NCBI GenBank assembly: GCA_022605425.2
Contig: CM061249.1
Location: forward strand, 868,001-932,000
DNA from: Hamiltosporidium tvaerminnensis FI-OER-3-3
Taxonomy: Eukaryota; Fungi; Microsporidia
Direction: 5' to 3'
Length of the DNA: 64,000 nt
Positions 11,461-25,480 of the stretch are shown piece by piece. How positions within the stretch are numbered: position 1 is the first letter of the stretch; the number at the start of each line of letters is the position of its first letter. The translations under genes and the position numbers were made by a program. The notes under the pieces were generated by a model that made no database searches, was not told where the DNA came from, and saw nothing but the letters and a program-made list of their open reading frames with translations.

Positions 11461-14400
11461 TATTGACCTGTTTTACATTGAAATCTTCATTTCATTTTAT
11501 ATTATATATTATCACAGAATTTTTGCTCAAATAAAAATATTTGTGCTTATTCTTAATGGCCTAACTTTTGGAATCGATTTTTTATTTTAATTAAAAACAC
11601 AGTATCGTATTTTTAGGATTATGAGGTACCATGTGTATAAAAAGGCTTGTTTATTTTAATTATGACATTATTTCGGATTAAAAAAAGTAAACTTTCTTAA
11701 AAATTTTAAAACCAGAATATATGTATTATTTTTTTTAATGCATTTCTTTTGAATCTGAAGAGAAATTTCGGTTGATAAACAATAGTAATTCGTTTACCTA
11801 ACCGATATAAACGGAATGGCTAATACAATAACTAAAGAAATAGAGAAAGGCAGTAAATAAAATTTCAAATTGGATAAAATTAAAAATTTCGGTTGTAATA
11901 AAGATATCTGTGCAAAGGTTTAGTGTCAAAGCTCATATATTATTAAACACACGGCCATAAAACAAGCGCTGTATATAATTGAGATGGTTGCTGTAAACCA
12001 ATATCTTTTCCACTCATTCAAGCACTATAAATGTAGGCCAGTCAATAACCAATCAATTTCTGTTGCTTATAATACATAAGAAACAGCCGAATAAAAGTAT
12101 TGCTCGCTATTTTTTTTACAAAGCTATTTAACAGATTCGACCTATATCTAGTCTCTGGTATCACAAAAGAGATACGGAAATGTTGATAAAAAAATCGGCC
12201 TGTAATTTAGAGATCTTATGATAATATTTAGCTGATTATATATATAGGCCAAAATAGTAACTAGGAAATACTGTTAGAATGAAAATATAATGAGTGATGT
12301 AAATATAAAGATTTACTGCAACTCATGTAGAATCACTGAAACTGCACTATATTTTATCTATACCAAAGAATAAAGCTTTAAAAACAAGCGAATTCAGTGA
12401 GTAAAAATGTATATTAGTCGTTTGAATTCAAAGGCTATTATGTTAATCTATTAAGACAAAAGTTATGATCTTTTAGACACCATAGAGAGTAGATATACCA
12501 AATATTACATAAAGATGACAAAAAGTGATTTAGGAAGTATCAAAACAGTCTAGTAAATGTTATGATAATAATATACATAGTGAAATCTAGTTTCGGTCGA
12601 AATAAAACAAAAAAAAACAAGTTTTGGTCTTAACTTTCCAAATATAATTTCGAGAAGTTTCTTAAAGAAAGAAAACTCTCGGCTTCTTACATATAAAACC
12701 ACTAGGAAACCATGAGAGTTGAAATTTTATTTGGCCAAAAGAAAATTCGGTTTCAGATACGCTTTCATTTAGCCTGGATCTTGAAATATCCAAAAAAATA
12801 TACCATGTTTTTAAAAGAATGTAATTCTACAAAATTATTGTTAAACAGAGCTTTTACTTGTTCTAAAAATTATCAGCTTTCGGGTGTTTTGGGCATGGTA
12901 TGACATTGGTTTTGAGCAAATCAGAAGTTGCGGTTCACAAATTTAAAAAAACGAAACCAAAATTCATGATAGGTTTTTGAGATATCTGTATCCGATATTA
13001 TCCAGTCTGTTTTTTTGTTTGATAACTCAATTGTAATTCAGAATCGCAATCAAAGAGGAAAGTAAAGTAAAGTTCTTCAATGTATTTTAACCTTATTAAT
13101 CAAGAGACTTATAATTTCTTACAAATATCTCTATGAGTTCAAAAAGTCATGATTTCTTTCGAGTTAATTGGTTCACTATCTGGCTTAAGTATTAGATTTC
13201 AAAGAGTATGCGACAAAGGACACACAAATCAGATCAATAACCATCATATACACCTCTTTAATTTGGCGACAACTAAGCAAAAATGCTCTTTTGTAAGTAT
13301 TAGAGCTCATAATATTTTTTTAAAAAAATTCGAGTATAAAAAGTTTTCAAGATGCCGACACCATCGAATTTAAGCTTTAAACGTTGAAACTTTTTAAAGC
13401 TATTCCCAAGGCCGAAAAAAGTTTTTTTTTACATAAACCCATTTTTAAAAAATCAATGAATCATAAGGTTGTATGCAGTTTATAAATTTCTGAAAACATT
13501 GTTGAAATTATGTCAAATATTTCTTTTGTTTCCGGACAGCGTAAAAAACTTGCGAGCAAGAAAAGAACAAATTACTCGCAAACATAAATATTCATTTTTA
13601 ATGTATATGTTTTAAAAAATATCCTGGTGAAAGTCAAATTTAAACTATTATGGATGTCATTGCATCTCATGCTGTTATCGAGTTTTTAACAATTTAAATT
13701 TTAAATAGGACATTAGCTCCGCTTTCATCGATATTTATCAAGCTATAATAGGAAAAAATATGATCTTTTTTGTAGAACAGATTTGATATAGGACAAGAAG
13801 AAACTAGCTAAAGACAATCTAAGATGAAACTTAACTGATACCTTCAAAACATATTTTATGCCGATAAATAATAGAAGAATGTGAATGATTGCAAATAGTC
13901 GATTTCTAAGACTAAAAATAGTGCCGTTTCGAAAGTTTTGTTAACTTTACCTCACTGACTTCAACTCTTAAAGTATTTTTGATACAATTATTGAATGTTT
14001 GAACTGATAGTAGATTTTCACGTGAAAAATGTTTGACAAAAATTGCCTAATTTATCTGACTGTAGTTAAATTTTGCGTGTGGTTTATAAGAAGTTTGTAC
14101 TCTCTATACCGAATGTATTAAGGCTTGTGCTTACCCAGATCGGATCTCAATTAAAATATTGAGCACATGAAGTTGCTCAACGAAAATATACACGCCGCTT
14201 TTTTTGTCTGAAATACAAATAAGATGTTTTCTGCGGGAATAGCAGAATCCATGGGGTCAGAACCGAGATGTTATAATATCTTAGTATTAAACGGAATAAT
14301 TTTAACTTAAATATAACGTGAAAGAGCGATTAAAGCGGAATCACTAAAAAAATTAAATATCAAAGTCATATTAAAATTAAAGGCGCAAAATCATGTTCGA

Positions 14401-17400
14401 TATTAAATAATAGCAGAAATTTCGAGTCATTAAATATCGTCAATCATTTTATGTGCCTCAACAAATAAAATTAAATCTTAGCGCTATTTTTATTTGGTTA
14501 ACTTCTGGAGAAAAGATTTTTGTTAAAAATACGACATTATTGTAATGACTTTGAAAAATCTGCAGGTATACAGAAATACGTGAGAAAATACCTTTGCACA
14601 GCTTGAAATGGCGCTAAAATAAGACGGTGGTCAATACACGATCTCTTAAATAAATATAATTTTAAATTTTAGCGATCATTTGAGAGTCACCTTTGAAAAT
14701 GTATTATAGAAAGTTAATCCAAAATTTAATACATAAGACCATGGATGATGTCGAAATCGAAGTATTAGACCTGTTATAGATCTTCCGAGTAAGAAATTAG
14801 ATAAGATATCTTTTTGCAATCGAAATTACTCATAAGTTTTGCTCGAAGTGATGAAACTGAATATCCAAAATAGTGAATTTTCATAAGATGAGTTATCTAA
14901 ATTTTATATTTACTGTAGAGATAATACAATATGTGACATTCGAAGAATTATGTCTTTTTATACCAGAAAATGTATAAAATAACATATGAAATCACCAAAA
15001 ATATGGTTTTAATTATGTTGATAGTTCTTATAAATTCACTTCGGTCATTTCGTTTGATCGATAAGAGATATAGTGTGGTTAAATAAGGCCTGGCAATGAA
15101 AACTGCATTAATATTTACAATGCGCTAAAAGAGATAAACAAGTCATCTTCGTAGACATACGACCACGAAGAAGAAGTATCAAACAAGCATATACTAAAAC
15201 AATGAAAATCAAAGTGTAAATCGAATTATTCATATCAAAGTGATGCCTCTCAATGTATAAAAAATGCAAATAAAAAATACGAGTAGATAAACTGAGATAT
15301 AGTGAAATTGAATAACTGTAAGAAGAAAAAAATATTAGTACTAAATAGTTGTATATTTGAAGTGGTAAATAATATACAAACACATTATTATATAAAAAAA
15401 AAGATAATATATAAATTATTAATTATCTTAGTTAGGCATTCACAAACTGTTCTGTATTCATCATCATTATTTTCTAATTCAGTCACGTTTTGATATAAGA
15501 TATGACCTGCTATAATACATTTTTTAAATAAGATAAATGGAGCATGTTTACGCTGTTTTTTGAAGCCAAGATTTTTTTTATTGAAACCTTATCACAGATG
15601 TAGTTTTTTCACTTAATATTATTTATAAATTTACAATCTATAATTTATTTATTAAATTTTAGAAGTATGACGTATAACTGCATCACTTTTAGATTGTGAT
15701 TCATTTATAAAACATAGGTTGTTGGAAAATAATAAGAAAGATGTCTATCTACTTCATTATGCATTTCAGCTGGAATACGAAACCAAAATTGTGCCCCTTT
15801 ACGAAATCATATTTAAGCTTATCCCCATGATATGATTTTTTCGACATATACAAGCTATTATTCCTTCTGAGTCACCTTCCTGAAAAAAGTATATTATTAA
15901 ATAGGTCAACTGAAAAGAAAAAAAATAGCGGCTGATTGAGTGCATTATATAAAATCATAATATAGACACATATGCATATCTATAAAGCCAATCCATTTTA
16001 TTATCTAGTTTCTCATAACTTTCAGCTAATCATCTTTGAAATATTTATTTCAATCATTCAACTCGTCTCGTATCTCATAGGATTAGCAAATCCAAATATC
16101 TTTTTTGAATGCCAAAAGCTGTTAAAAAGAATTAAGATTTTTTTCGAACGCATTGCTCTATCTGCTTAAATATTCCCGAGACATCGAATTGTCAAAATTG
16201 TTTTAATGAGTCTTTAAAGAACTTTAAAGTCGTGTTGAAGATCGTAAAGCACAGGAGATATTTTTTTTCAGTGTCAATTAAGCTTTGAATTCATTCTCCA
16301 GCCTTTTCGATCCGAGTATATTGTAGTGTTCGTTCAATCAATGATTAACTATCATTTTTTAGTAATATTTCGTTAGTAAACTTGCTAGATGTCTTCAAAG
16401 TAGTAATTTTACTAAATCCTTGCATAAATTTATGATTCGTTTCGCCTGTCTTTGTAAATTTATCCCATGCTTTCAATCTATGCCATAAATTAATTAAATC
16501 TGCCATTTTTTCAGATTATTCTTCAATTATATGTTTAATGAACACTTTTAAACACAAGACAGCCTTCCTAATTTTTGCATTCTTTGAAGTAAAGATCAAT
16601 AATAAGCATTGTTAATTTATTCAATTTTTTAGTTAGCAGTTTTATATAAGCTGTAGTGGATCGGTTGGTCATTTTCCGATTTCAAAACGGTCACTACAGT
16701 TTTCCTATACCTTGTTTATACAATCATATTCTTTGTTTGTGGATTCTTTTTTTTATATCCTTACATTAAATTTTAAAAAAACAACTGAATTTTATTTTTA
16801 ATTATATTGAAATTGAGCTAATGAAATATTTCTTTCTTTAAATGATTTTTTCAGACATTTTTCCATAGCTTCATAATTCTCTTAATCCGCGGTTCGTTTA
16901 GGATAATTCTCAGCCCCGCCATCGTGAATACACCATCGTCTCTATTCTTTTAGTTTGTGGGAGCTGTTCATGGCTCAGCTCATTCATTTCTTTTTTCTTT
17001 GAAAAGTTAATTGCTCGAATGTCTTTTTGTTCACAATGTGCTCAATCACATTTTTAGTTTCAAAAGTATTTGGTGTATTTTAAGACACATCTTACAATAT
17101 TTTGTCAATATACTGTTTTGAGTTATCACTTGGTATTTATTCTTACACTATATTTATAAATAAGAACAAATTCTTTCGCTAAATGATCATACTTCTCAGG
17201 TTTCAGATTTTCCTATGTAAATGTAGTATTGAAGAAATTTATTTATCTTTCGTATAATAAGCTTTGCGATAGAATAACAACCTAAACATATAAAAGAAAG
17301 ATGTTTCTGAAACGCCTATAACCATGGGAAGCCATAATTCACTCGTGGATTGCTTTCCTTCTATAAAAAATGAACCGAGCTACCAATCAGAGGCATTCTT

Positions 17401-18789
17401 ATATCAATGAGTTTCATCTTATTCATCTTCTTGCCTAAAAATAATATATCTCGTTCAATTTTCCTAAAATTATTTTAAATATAATTTTTTAAAAAAATTA
17501 TGTGCATAATCCAAGATTGAATAAATGTAAAATAGAGTGTTTTTTGTTCTATTTGTGTCACTATATTTATATTATATCTATAATTTCTATTCGAATCGCT
17601 TGGTGAATTCTGCGAATATATCTCTCTATACTTATATATGCGACGCCTCTTCCATTTTCTTCTCAAAAAGAATATTTATAAATAGCTTTTACACACTGCC
17701 AGAAACTATTATAGTTAAAGATTTTTTGCTTTTAGAAGCTTTCGCATTAGGTTCATAGGAAGAAATACGCGTAAATTAACTCAGATGCATGATATCAATT
17801 TTTAAATAAATATTATTTTGGCTGATAGCCTGATAATCTATCAGTAAAATTTTTCAACGATCAATATGCAAAAATGATCGCTTAATAAATATTAACCAGA
17901 ATGTTTTTTTTGCTTTTCTTTAACATAAAATTGGCATTGGGTATCATCATCAATAGATATTACAAATATATGAACGAAATATCACAAAATCGCTATAAAT
18001 AATCTCGGTGTGTCCGAAAGAAACATACAAAATAATACCTTTCCTCTATTATACGGTAAACGAAGTTGTATGTTACCATAAAAATGAGTTTTTAAAAACC
18101 AGAATCTAAGCGTTTGTTTCTCTTGACTACCAGATTTAAAATTTAGCAATGCTAAAATCTAAAGAAAACCAAAGCAGGTAACCGATCTTGTAAATTAGCT
18201 TCACAAATAAATTTTTAAAATTTTGCTAAAAGATCAATGGATTTTTTCATGTAGGAAAACCAAAATACCTTTCGCCCGATAAACACATTGTAAGCACTAA
18301 GATATCTAGCCAAGCAATAAATATTTACGGAAAACTGGTTACTAGACTATTGTTCGATGCAAGGAACTATATGAAATTGAACCCGCGTGATCTTTTTCAT
18401 TTTGACGGCAAGTGCTCAATATGATCCTTGGAACAGAAGGTATTTTTAGAGAGTAAAATACTTTATCTATAGGTATAATAGAAATCATTTTAATTTTTTA
18501 ATAAAAAACAAAGGCCATCCTAAAAATTTTCAATGATTTAATAGTCAGTATTCTATATGTGAATAATATTTTGCATTTTATAGAGCCATAAGTTTATTAT
18601 GGAAATTAAGCGATAATATAGTCTTTAACTAGAAAATACACATGCCATACATCTGTATTTTCTAATAAATATCTGTATAAAATCGCATTAAAATTGTGTA
18701 TTGGTTGTTTGGTTGACAGAATTATTCTTCTTTGTAAGTGAATAAGCTAATACGGAGGACAAACATAAACATCATAAGTAGAAATAATC

Positions 18790-18965
18790 AGTTTGAGGAA
18801 AGATAACCCCATTTAAAAACTTTAATTTTAGAAAAAGTATCGAGAATTGGTGTTGAAAACATTTTTGCAGTTTTGGTGAGATACAAGCCACACTGGATCT
18901 ATAAGCCATCCTCTATATTCTTGAGTTACAAAAGATTGGAAGCAACGGTGTAAAACCTACCATTT
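18790..18965 (+). mobile_element. Structured repeat family, copy S2 (5' fragment)
   Basis: AGTTTGAGGAAAGATAACCCCATTTAAAAACTTT...TGGTGTTGAAAACATT...TTTTGGTGAGATACAAGCCACACT aligns to the start of the 40038 copy. Confidence 0.6.
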
Positions 18966-21900
18966 TTCATTCTTGACATGAGAGGTGAAAATGGATGGAA
19001 TAAGACAGTAATAAAAAATCTATGTATATGATTATGACCCAAAAATTATTATTTGAACACCGTCGCTTTGACCAAAGTTCTATATTTAAACACAGAAAAA
19101 AAACAGAATATGTTATAAATTAAAATTTTTCACTTTACATTGACTTTTGCTAAATCATTTTTTACCTAACATATTTGCCAGAAGTAGATTAGATCATAAA
19201 AAGTAAGTTCATATTGATCCTACGCAGCTTATTAGGGAGAAAAAGATTGGTCATTGCCTCTATTGTGTATAGATTTATTTTATTTTTGTTGTATCTACTA
19301 ATATTTTTAAATTAAATACCTTTCGCATCCATTTTTTTTAACATCGTTATTTTAAGATGATCATACGTGTATATTCAGAATGAAAAATTCTTAGATACTT
19401 GTTTATGAATAGGAACTAATACAAGTTACCAAAACGTAGTAATGTTAATTTTAAGCCCAAATTTTAATATTAAGATTTTATACTTTTAAATTCTTGGATC
19501 AAGAAACAATAAGTTAGTAGATGATTGTTAAAATATTTGACTGTTTAAAATATATAGCAAATTAAATTAATAATTAGAAACCAGAATTTGTTGAATCCTT
19601 TTTGTTTGGTTTGTTTCTTCCTCTACTATTGAGAACACAATCCTTGAGTGAATAATCCATTACGTCTTATCAAGAATTAACATATTTTTTAACCAGTTAG
19701 GTTGCTAATCCAGGATAGGCCTTCCATTTTTGATGATTGATAGTTGTAAAACAAATGAATCCGGCTTTCGGAGTAAATTCTATTTTTAACCCAAAGACTA
19801 TTTATACTCTGATTGCATGTAATAAATAAAAACCTGTTAAATAGATAATATTTATATCGGGTTTGGTTGGAATTTATAACTTATTAAGTTATGATTCCCT
19901 GATTATTTAGTTCAAATAAAAAATTTGCACTCAAGATAAACTATAGTTAAAAGTAAAGATATAACCGATTTATCACCAAAATAATGGTATAAATATACTT
20001 TTTTTAATAAAGCTATAAATAATGAGCTGTTTTTTAAGTTATTTCTTCCAATGACATATAAGAATTATTAAAATACAAGATGATCCTTTTTTTAGATATA
20101 TTATTTGTAAAATTTATTTTTTTCATACATGATATGCACTATAAACCTTACTAAAACTGTTTAATAGAAATAAATAAGTTAGAAGCCATGATAAAGTTTA
20201 AATTTAGAATTTTTTGCAATTCAAAAGTCGGATCTATAATACAGAGTACTTAAGTTTAGATTGATGAAATGAATAAAAAAATATTTTAATAACTATATAA
20301 GGGAAATAAAAAATATCTTTATATTAGTGAGATGCAATGGTTATAATTACTTAATTTCAATTTTGATTTCTCGGTTTATTTCATTTCAGTTTTCTGTTAT
20401 TTTTTGATCCGAGCTTTGTATTATAACCCAATATATCTATTCAATAATCCAAAAAATACATCACAAAAATCTGTAATTTTCTTTAACATTCCTTTTGGAT
20501 TATTAGGATTAAAGACTGTGAAAAAATGCTATGAAGATTGATAATTCTTAGTTATAGTTGCAATGAATGCTTAATGTGCAATGATTTGTTCAAATTGGTT
20601 TTGTATGAAGCACCAGAAACAGATATTGTGAGTTTAAGATTAATTCATCGTAACAGAAATATCAAAATCTAAATTATAAAAAAATTTCGAAATCAAATAT
20701 GATAAATAAAAAAATTTAGACTCTTTTTGAGTTAAAACAAATCAAATAAAGATATACAATATTCTTAAAATAAAAATATACATCAGAAGCTACCATTTTC
20801 ATTCAGATAAAAAAATAATCCTAAAAGCAATAAAAATAAATCGTCTGTATCAAGTTTAAGATCAAAATATTGAAAAATTAAATAATTTAAATGATTCAAA
20901 ATAATAAGCAAATATTAACAAAGATACAAAAAACTAAGCAAAAATTTTACTACGCAAACATGTTATTATAAGAAATAAAATATTCTTTAATATAAATCTT
21001 TACAGACAAACACTAAAAGCCATTTGGTTTATATTTAATCTATTGAAAATATTCATTTACCTTTATATATATTTTTTATTCCAAATCAAACATTTAGTCC
21101 TTCAAGATTCTATATTTTGTTAAATACAGTTAGAATTCTAAGAATTTTATAGAAATATTCATTTATTATATTATTTAATTAAAATGTGGGCTGATAAGTT
21201 TTCTCTTCTTTAAATAATTCCTTCCACCATTTTAACCACTTCGTTATCTTCCTCTAAATACGAATCTTCGTTAATATTTTTCACGGTTCCTTCGCTGTGA
21301 TTACTTTATCCAAAATAAGCGGATATTATATTTCTTAATTTCTATTTTAACTCATTTATTATTTAATTTGTAGATAATTAAATGCTAAAAGATTAATTGG
21401 AACCACAATTTAATATATTGTCTCTATTATATGATTTATTAGCTTCAGAAAACCCCTATTAGAGGTAGAAATAAGATGATTGTGATTAAAACCCAATTGT
21501 CTAGTTTTTTGAAGTTTTTCAAAAAAACCTCAACAATATCAGATATAATATTTTGTTATAACAGATATTTTTATAATTTCTAGATTATCTAATAAAGGAA
21601 TAAGTACTAATTGAATTTACAAATTATAAAATATCCAATTTTTATACCAAAATTTGAACTAGAAACGGGTTTTAGAAATATATTTTGAGTAAAAGAAACT
21701 TTTTGAAACTTTTTAAAAAAATCACAAACATAATTAAAATTGTATATTCAACCTTCGAATTAGTTTATTTATTACACATATATTAAAACAAGACCTTTTT
21801 TTCACCTATCCGTTCAAGTATCAAGTTTTTTGAAACTTCTTTTAGTCTTATGACAAAATAAAAATATATCACCAATTTAACGATTCTATGTCGGTAAAAT

Positions 21901-22689
21901 TTATTTTACAAATCATTCGATACAAATTAAATTTTTTTTATTACCAAAATACACTATAGAATAAAATAAATGAAAATAGAACATAGATTTTGATATTTTT
22001 TTTAAATCATACTGATTTTTATTGTTAATATACTTAAGTATTAAATCAACATAACAATTTTTCTTAAATAAAATACTCTGTAGCTCATAAACCAACGAAA
22101 AATTATTGAATAAAAATCGAGTTTTAAATAAAAAAAATTCATAATGATTGTTTTTATAAGATTTATGGATTCCTTTCCAAATATTATTACAAGTAGTTTG
22201 AAATTAGGATCAACGAAGAATTTGTAAACAATAAAATTATTAAACTAGAGGTATAAAAGTACTCGAAAACACGCTGAATAAGAGTACAGCGGTTTCTATA
22301 GAGAAAAATCAAGAAAAGAACATCGATGTAACCTAAGATGATATATGACCGACTTTTTTGTTTTTAAAGATCTAAAATATTGTATATACATGATGCAAAG
22401 ACATAAATAATTATATATTATACCATTCTGGTATAATGCTTATCAACTTTGCTATTTTTATATGTTTTAAATAAAAATATAATAAAACCCTAGAAAAATG
22501 GATCTACAAATATAAAAGAATAAACAAATTCTTGGAAATTCAGATTAAACTTTCATAATAACTGTAAAAAATACAGTTTACAAAATATAATTTAGACATT
22601 AAAACATAGGTTTAAGTTACTCTTAAACTTGATCAAAACGAAAAGTTTAATTCGTTTAAAATGCAATACCAGACGACAAATTGGCTTTT

Positions 22690-23430
22690 TTTATTTAGAT
22701 GCATCTTTTTGAAAAGTGATATTTTTATATTTTCGTATGACATTAACTCAGTTCTCGGTTTAACATAGATACTTGGTTCATAGTACTTCATAGGTATCAA
22801 AAACACCTAAATTCCTAAACTTTTCATCTAAAAAGTGTGTAAAGCTACTTTGAAAAGCGAGAAAGTTTTTATGTTGGTTAATCTTCGTTTACGATAGTGA
22901 CAGCAAGATAACTTTATCTTTAAATCCGCCATACCAGCGGCATGTCTACCAACTCTACACTTTTCAAACCAAATAGATTTCCAGCTAAGATATATCTCTT
23001 AGACCTATATGGGTCTACCTATACATCGCAATGTCATACCAACAGTTATATTCTGCTACTTTGCCTTCTTGGCTTAATAAGGGGTATGCTATCTGTATCT
23101 TATTGTTACCAAGTCTTCTAACCTAAGTGCACAAGGCAAGCTCTATGCTTTTACATGATAGTTACCTACAAGTTCAACCACGGCTTCAATCTAGTTACAT
23201 GAAAAACTACAAAATATATTTATAGAGAATTAAGAGTTCTATAGACACATCCTTTCATTTGTAAATTCCACATAACAACCAAAAACAAATAATTTTTGCC
23301 GCAACAAAATTTCCAACAAATAATTTTTACTCCAATTAAGGTACTCTTTGTTCAACATATAATTTTTACTCCAATTAAAGTACTCTTTGTTCAAAAAATA
23401 ATTTTTAATCTGGTAATCTATACTCTACCA
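22690..23430 (-). mobile_element. Structured repeat family, copy S3 (full length, diverged)
   Basis: Collinear with 62802-63529: ATGACATTAAC..AGTTC..GGTTTAACATA, TTTCATCTA, ACTCTACACTTT, GCAATGTCATACCAA, AAGTCTTCTAACC, AAAAACTACAAA. Confidence 0.82.
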
Positions 23431-23709
23431 ACCTAAACTCTATAGACACATATTTAAGTAAAAAATAAAATAATCACTTATTAAATAAATATTTTTATAT
23501 TTTCGTTTACTCAATTACAGTAGAATTATCGTTTAAAAAAGAATATTTTTATCAGTTCTAATAAACACATATATTTATGAAGTAATACAACTATTATTTT
23601 AACTGTAGATACATATATCGAACAGAATTAAAAAAGAGAAAAATATGAAATAATAAGAATATTTAAAAGAAAATTATTTGATTGTTTTTTTTAAAAAGAA
23701 GGAAATATA

Positions 23710-23842
23710 CTTTGAATCGAAAAGAAAGTCTGAAAGGAAAAAAATATAAATGTTGAATCGAAAAGAAAGTCTGAAAGGAAAAAGAAATAAAATTGAGTCG
23801 AAAAGAAAGTCTGAAAGGAAAAAGAAATAACTTTAGTCGAAA
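23710..23842. repeat. Tandem repeat, ~42-bp unit x3-4, 3' of RPS9
   Basis: TCGAAAAGAAAGTCTGAAAGGAAAAA reiterated. Confidence 0.9.
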
Positions 23843-23929
23843 CGATAAAAACTAAAATTTTTACAAACGAGAAAAACGAGATAAAACCGAAGAAAATAAG
23901 GAACAAAAAAAAAATAGAAACCCTTTTAC

Positions 23930-24517
23930 TTAATCAAATGCTGCTAACTCTTCTTGATGACCAGTATGTCCTCTGTTTTTCTTCTTTCTTTTACTGAGTT
24001 TGTTACCACCCAACGAAGAAAAAGGTGCAATTTCAATAAATCCTTCATTCTCTGCACTAACAATATACCCAGGTTTATCAGTAATACGTCCTTTAATACT
24101 AATATGTCTCTGATTAATCATAACCCTGGCTTGATGGACAGATTTAGACAACCCAGCCTCAAAAACACGGTGTTGCAACCTACGCTCAAGAAAATTGACA
24201 GGCGTCAGATTCAATACTTTCTCCAAATTCTTCACAATATCACTTCGATCTCGAAAATCCACATCCTCAAAAATTCCAATTTTTACTATTTTGTTCAATA
24301 GACACCTACCATCAACTATCTGCTGCTTCTCATCATTACTTATCAGTAAATCACGAGCCCTTCGTTTTATATCATCACATATTTTTTGAATTGTCCATAA
24401 TTCTCTCTTATTTTTTAACCCAAACATACCCACCAATTTCATTTCCTCCAATAATCTGTCTCTATCATAAGGACGCTTCGGATTCTTTGAACGTTTATGA
24501 GATCTCGGTCGTGCCAT
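23930..24517 (-). CDS. RPS9: 40S ribosomal protein S9 (uS4)
   Basis: PKRPYD.DRL.EE.KL.G.FGLKNKRELW, FLERRLQ, SVHQARV.I.QRHI S4 motif. Confidence 0.97.
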   Translation of the reverse strand: MARPRSHKRSKNPKRPYDRDRLLEEMKLVGMFGLKNKRELWTIQKICDDIKRRARDLLISNDEKQQIVDGRCLLNKIVKIGIFEDVDFRDRSDIVKNLEKVLNLTPVNFLERRLQHRVFEAGLSKSVHQARVMINQRHISIKGRITDKPGYIVSAENEGFIEIAPFSSLGGNKLSKRKKKNRGHTGHQEELAAFD

Positions 24518-24997
24518 TTTTTAGGGGTCGTTTTTCTTAAAAAAATATTTTAGTTTTTTTTTAAAAGAAAATAAAAAATATTTATATTCTTGGTAAAAAC
24601 TTAAGTACATTTTTAGAGTTCATTTTTTTAAAAAAATATTTTTTTAGAATTCGTTTTTAAGAAAATAAAAAATAAATTCGTGTTCGTTTTTTAAGAGAAA
24701 TATTTTTTAAGAATTCGTTTTTAAGAAAATAAAATTTAAAAATTGTAATAATTATCAATCTATTATTGTTTTATTACTTATGACAAATTATTTAAACCAT
24801 ACATTACTCTTATCATAATATATCTTACTCTTACTACTAATACTATCCTATTACCATACTATCTTACTAATATCATACTAATAGTACCTTGGTACTACTG
24901 CCCTAATATCCTACTACCCTAATATCCTTCTATCCTAATACCCATCTATAATACCCATCTTACTGTTTTTTATTTTTAATTTTTTTCTCCCCTCCAA
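24518..24997. promoter_or_regulatory. Bidirectional promoter region between RPS9 and RPL21
   Basis: Head-to-head genes 480 bp apart; CCCC just upstream of each ATG (24524-24527 on minus, 24989-24992 on plus), the known microsporidian initiation-proximal motif; short degenerate repeats in both halves. Confidence 0.7.
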
Positions 24998-25480
24998 ATG
25001 AGAAGTAAAGGTTACAGAAGAGGAACAAGACACAGATTTGCACAACCACACCGTAAACACGGTGCAATCCGCATGTCAAAATATATGACAACCTACAAAA
25101 AGAACGATCTAGTAGACATAAAAGTAAACCCAGCAATCCACAAAGGTATGCCACACAAATTTTATCACGGTCGTACCGGTAAAGTAGTAGGAGTAAATCC
25201 CAGATCTTTAGTAGTAATTCTTAACAAAACAGTTGGTAACAAACAAATACGACGTACTTTATATGTCAGAGAAGAACATGTCAGTAAAAGTAGATGTAAT
25301 GAAGATTTTATTGCACGACGTACTACTAATGATGAGATAAGACAACAAGCAGTTTTAGAAGGTAAGAAAGTTAAATGTCTTAAAAGACAACTTCCAGGTC
25401 CAAGAGAGTCATTTGTTGTTTCTATGGTTAATAATACACCTGTTAGTCTTGGTTATGAACCATACGTTGATACTTTTTAG
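24998..25480 (+). CDS. RPL21: 60S ribosomal protein L21 (eL21)
   Basis: GYRRGTR, VDIK.N.AIHKGMPHKFYHGRTG, VREEHV.KSRC, LKRQ motifs. Confidence 0.97.
   Translation: MRSKGYRRGTRHRFAQPHRKHGAIRMSKYMTTYKKNDLVDIKVNPAIHKGMPHKFYHGRTGKVVGVNPRSLVVILNKTVGNKQIRRTLYVREEHVSKSRCNEDFIARRTTNDEIRQQAVLEGKKVKCLKRQLPGPRESFVVSMVNNTPVSLGYEPYVDTF

Noticed and set aside
23110-23130. CTAACCTAA / CTAACCC as a telomerase RNA template
   Set aside because: It lies on the strand opposite to the one favoured by G-U pairing, is not conserved among copies, and a dispersed multicopy family does not fit a telomerase RNA gene.
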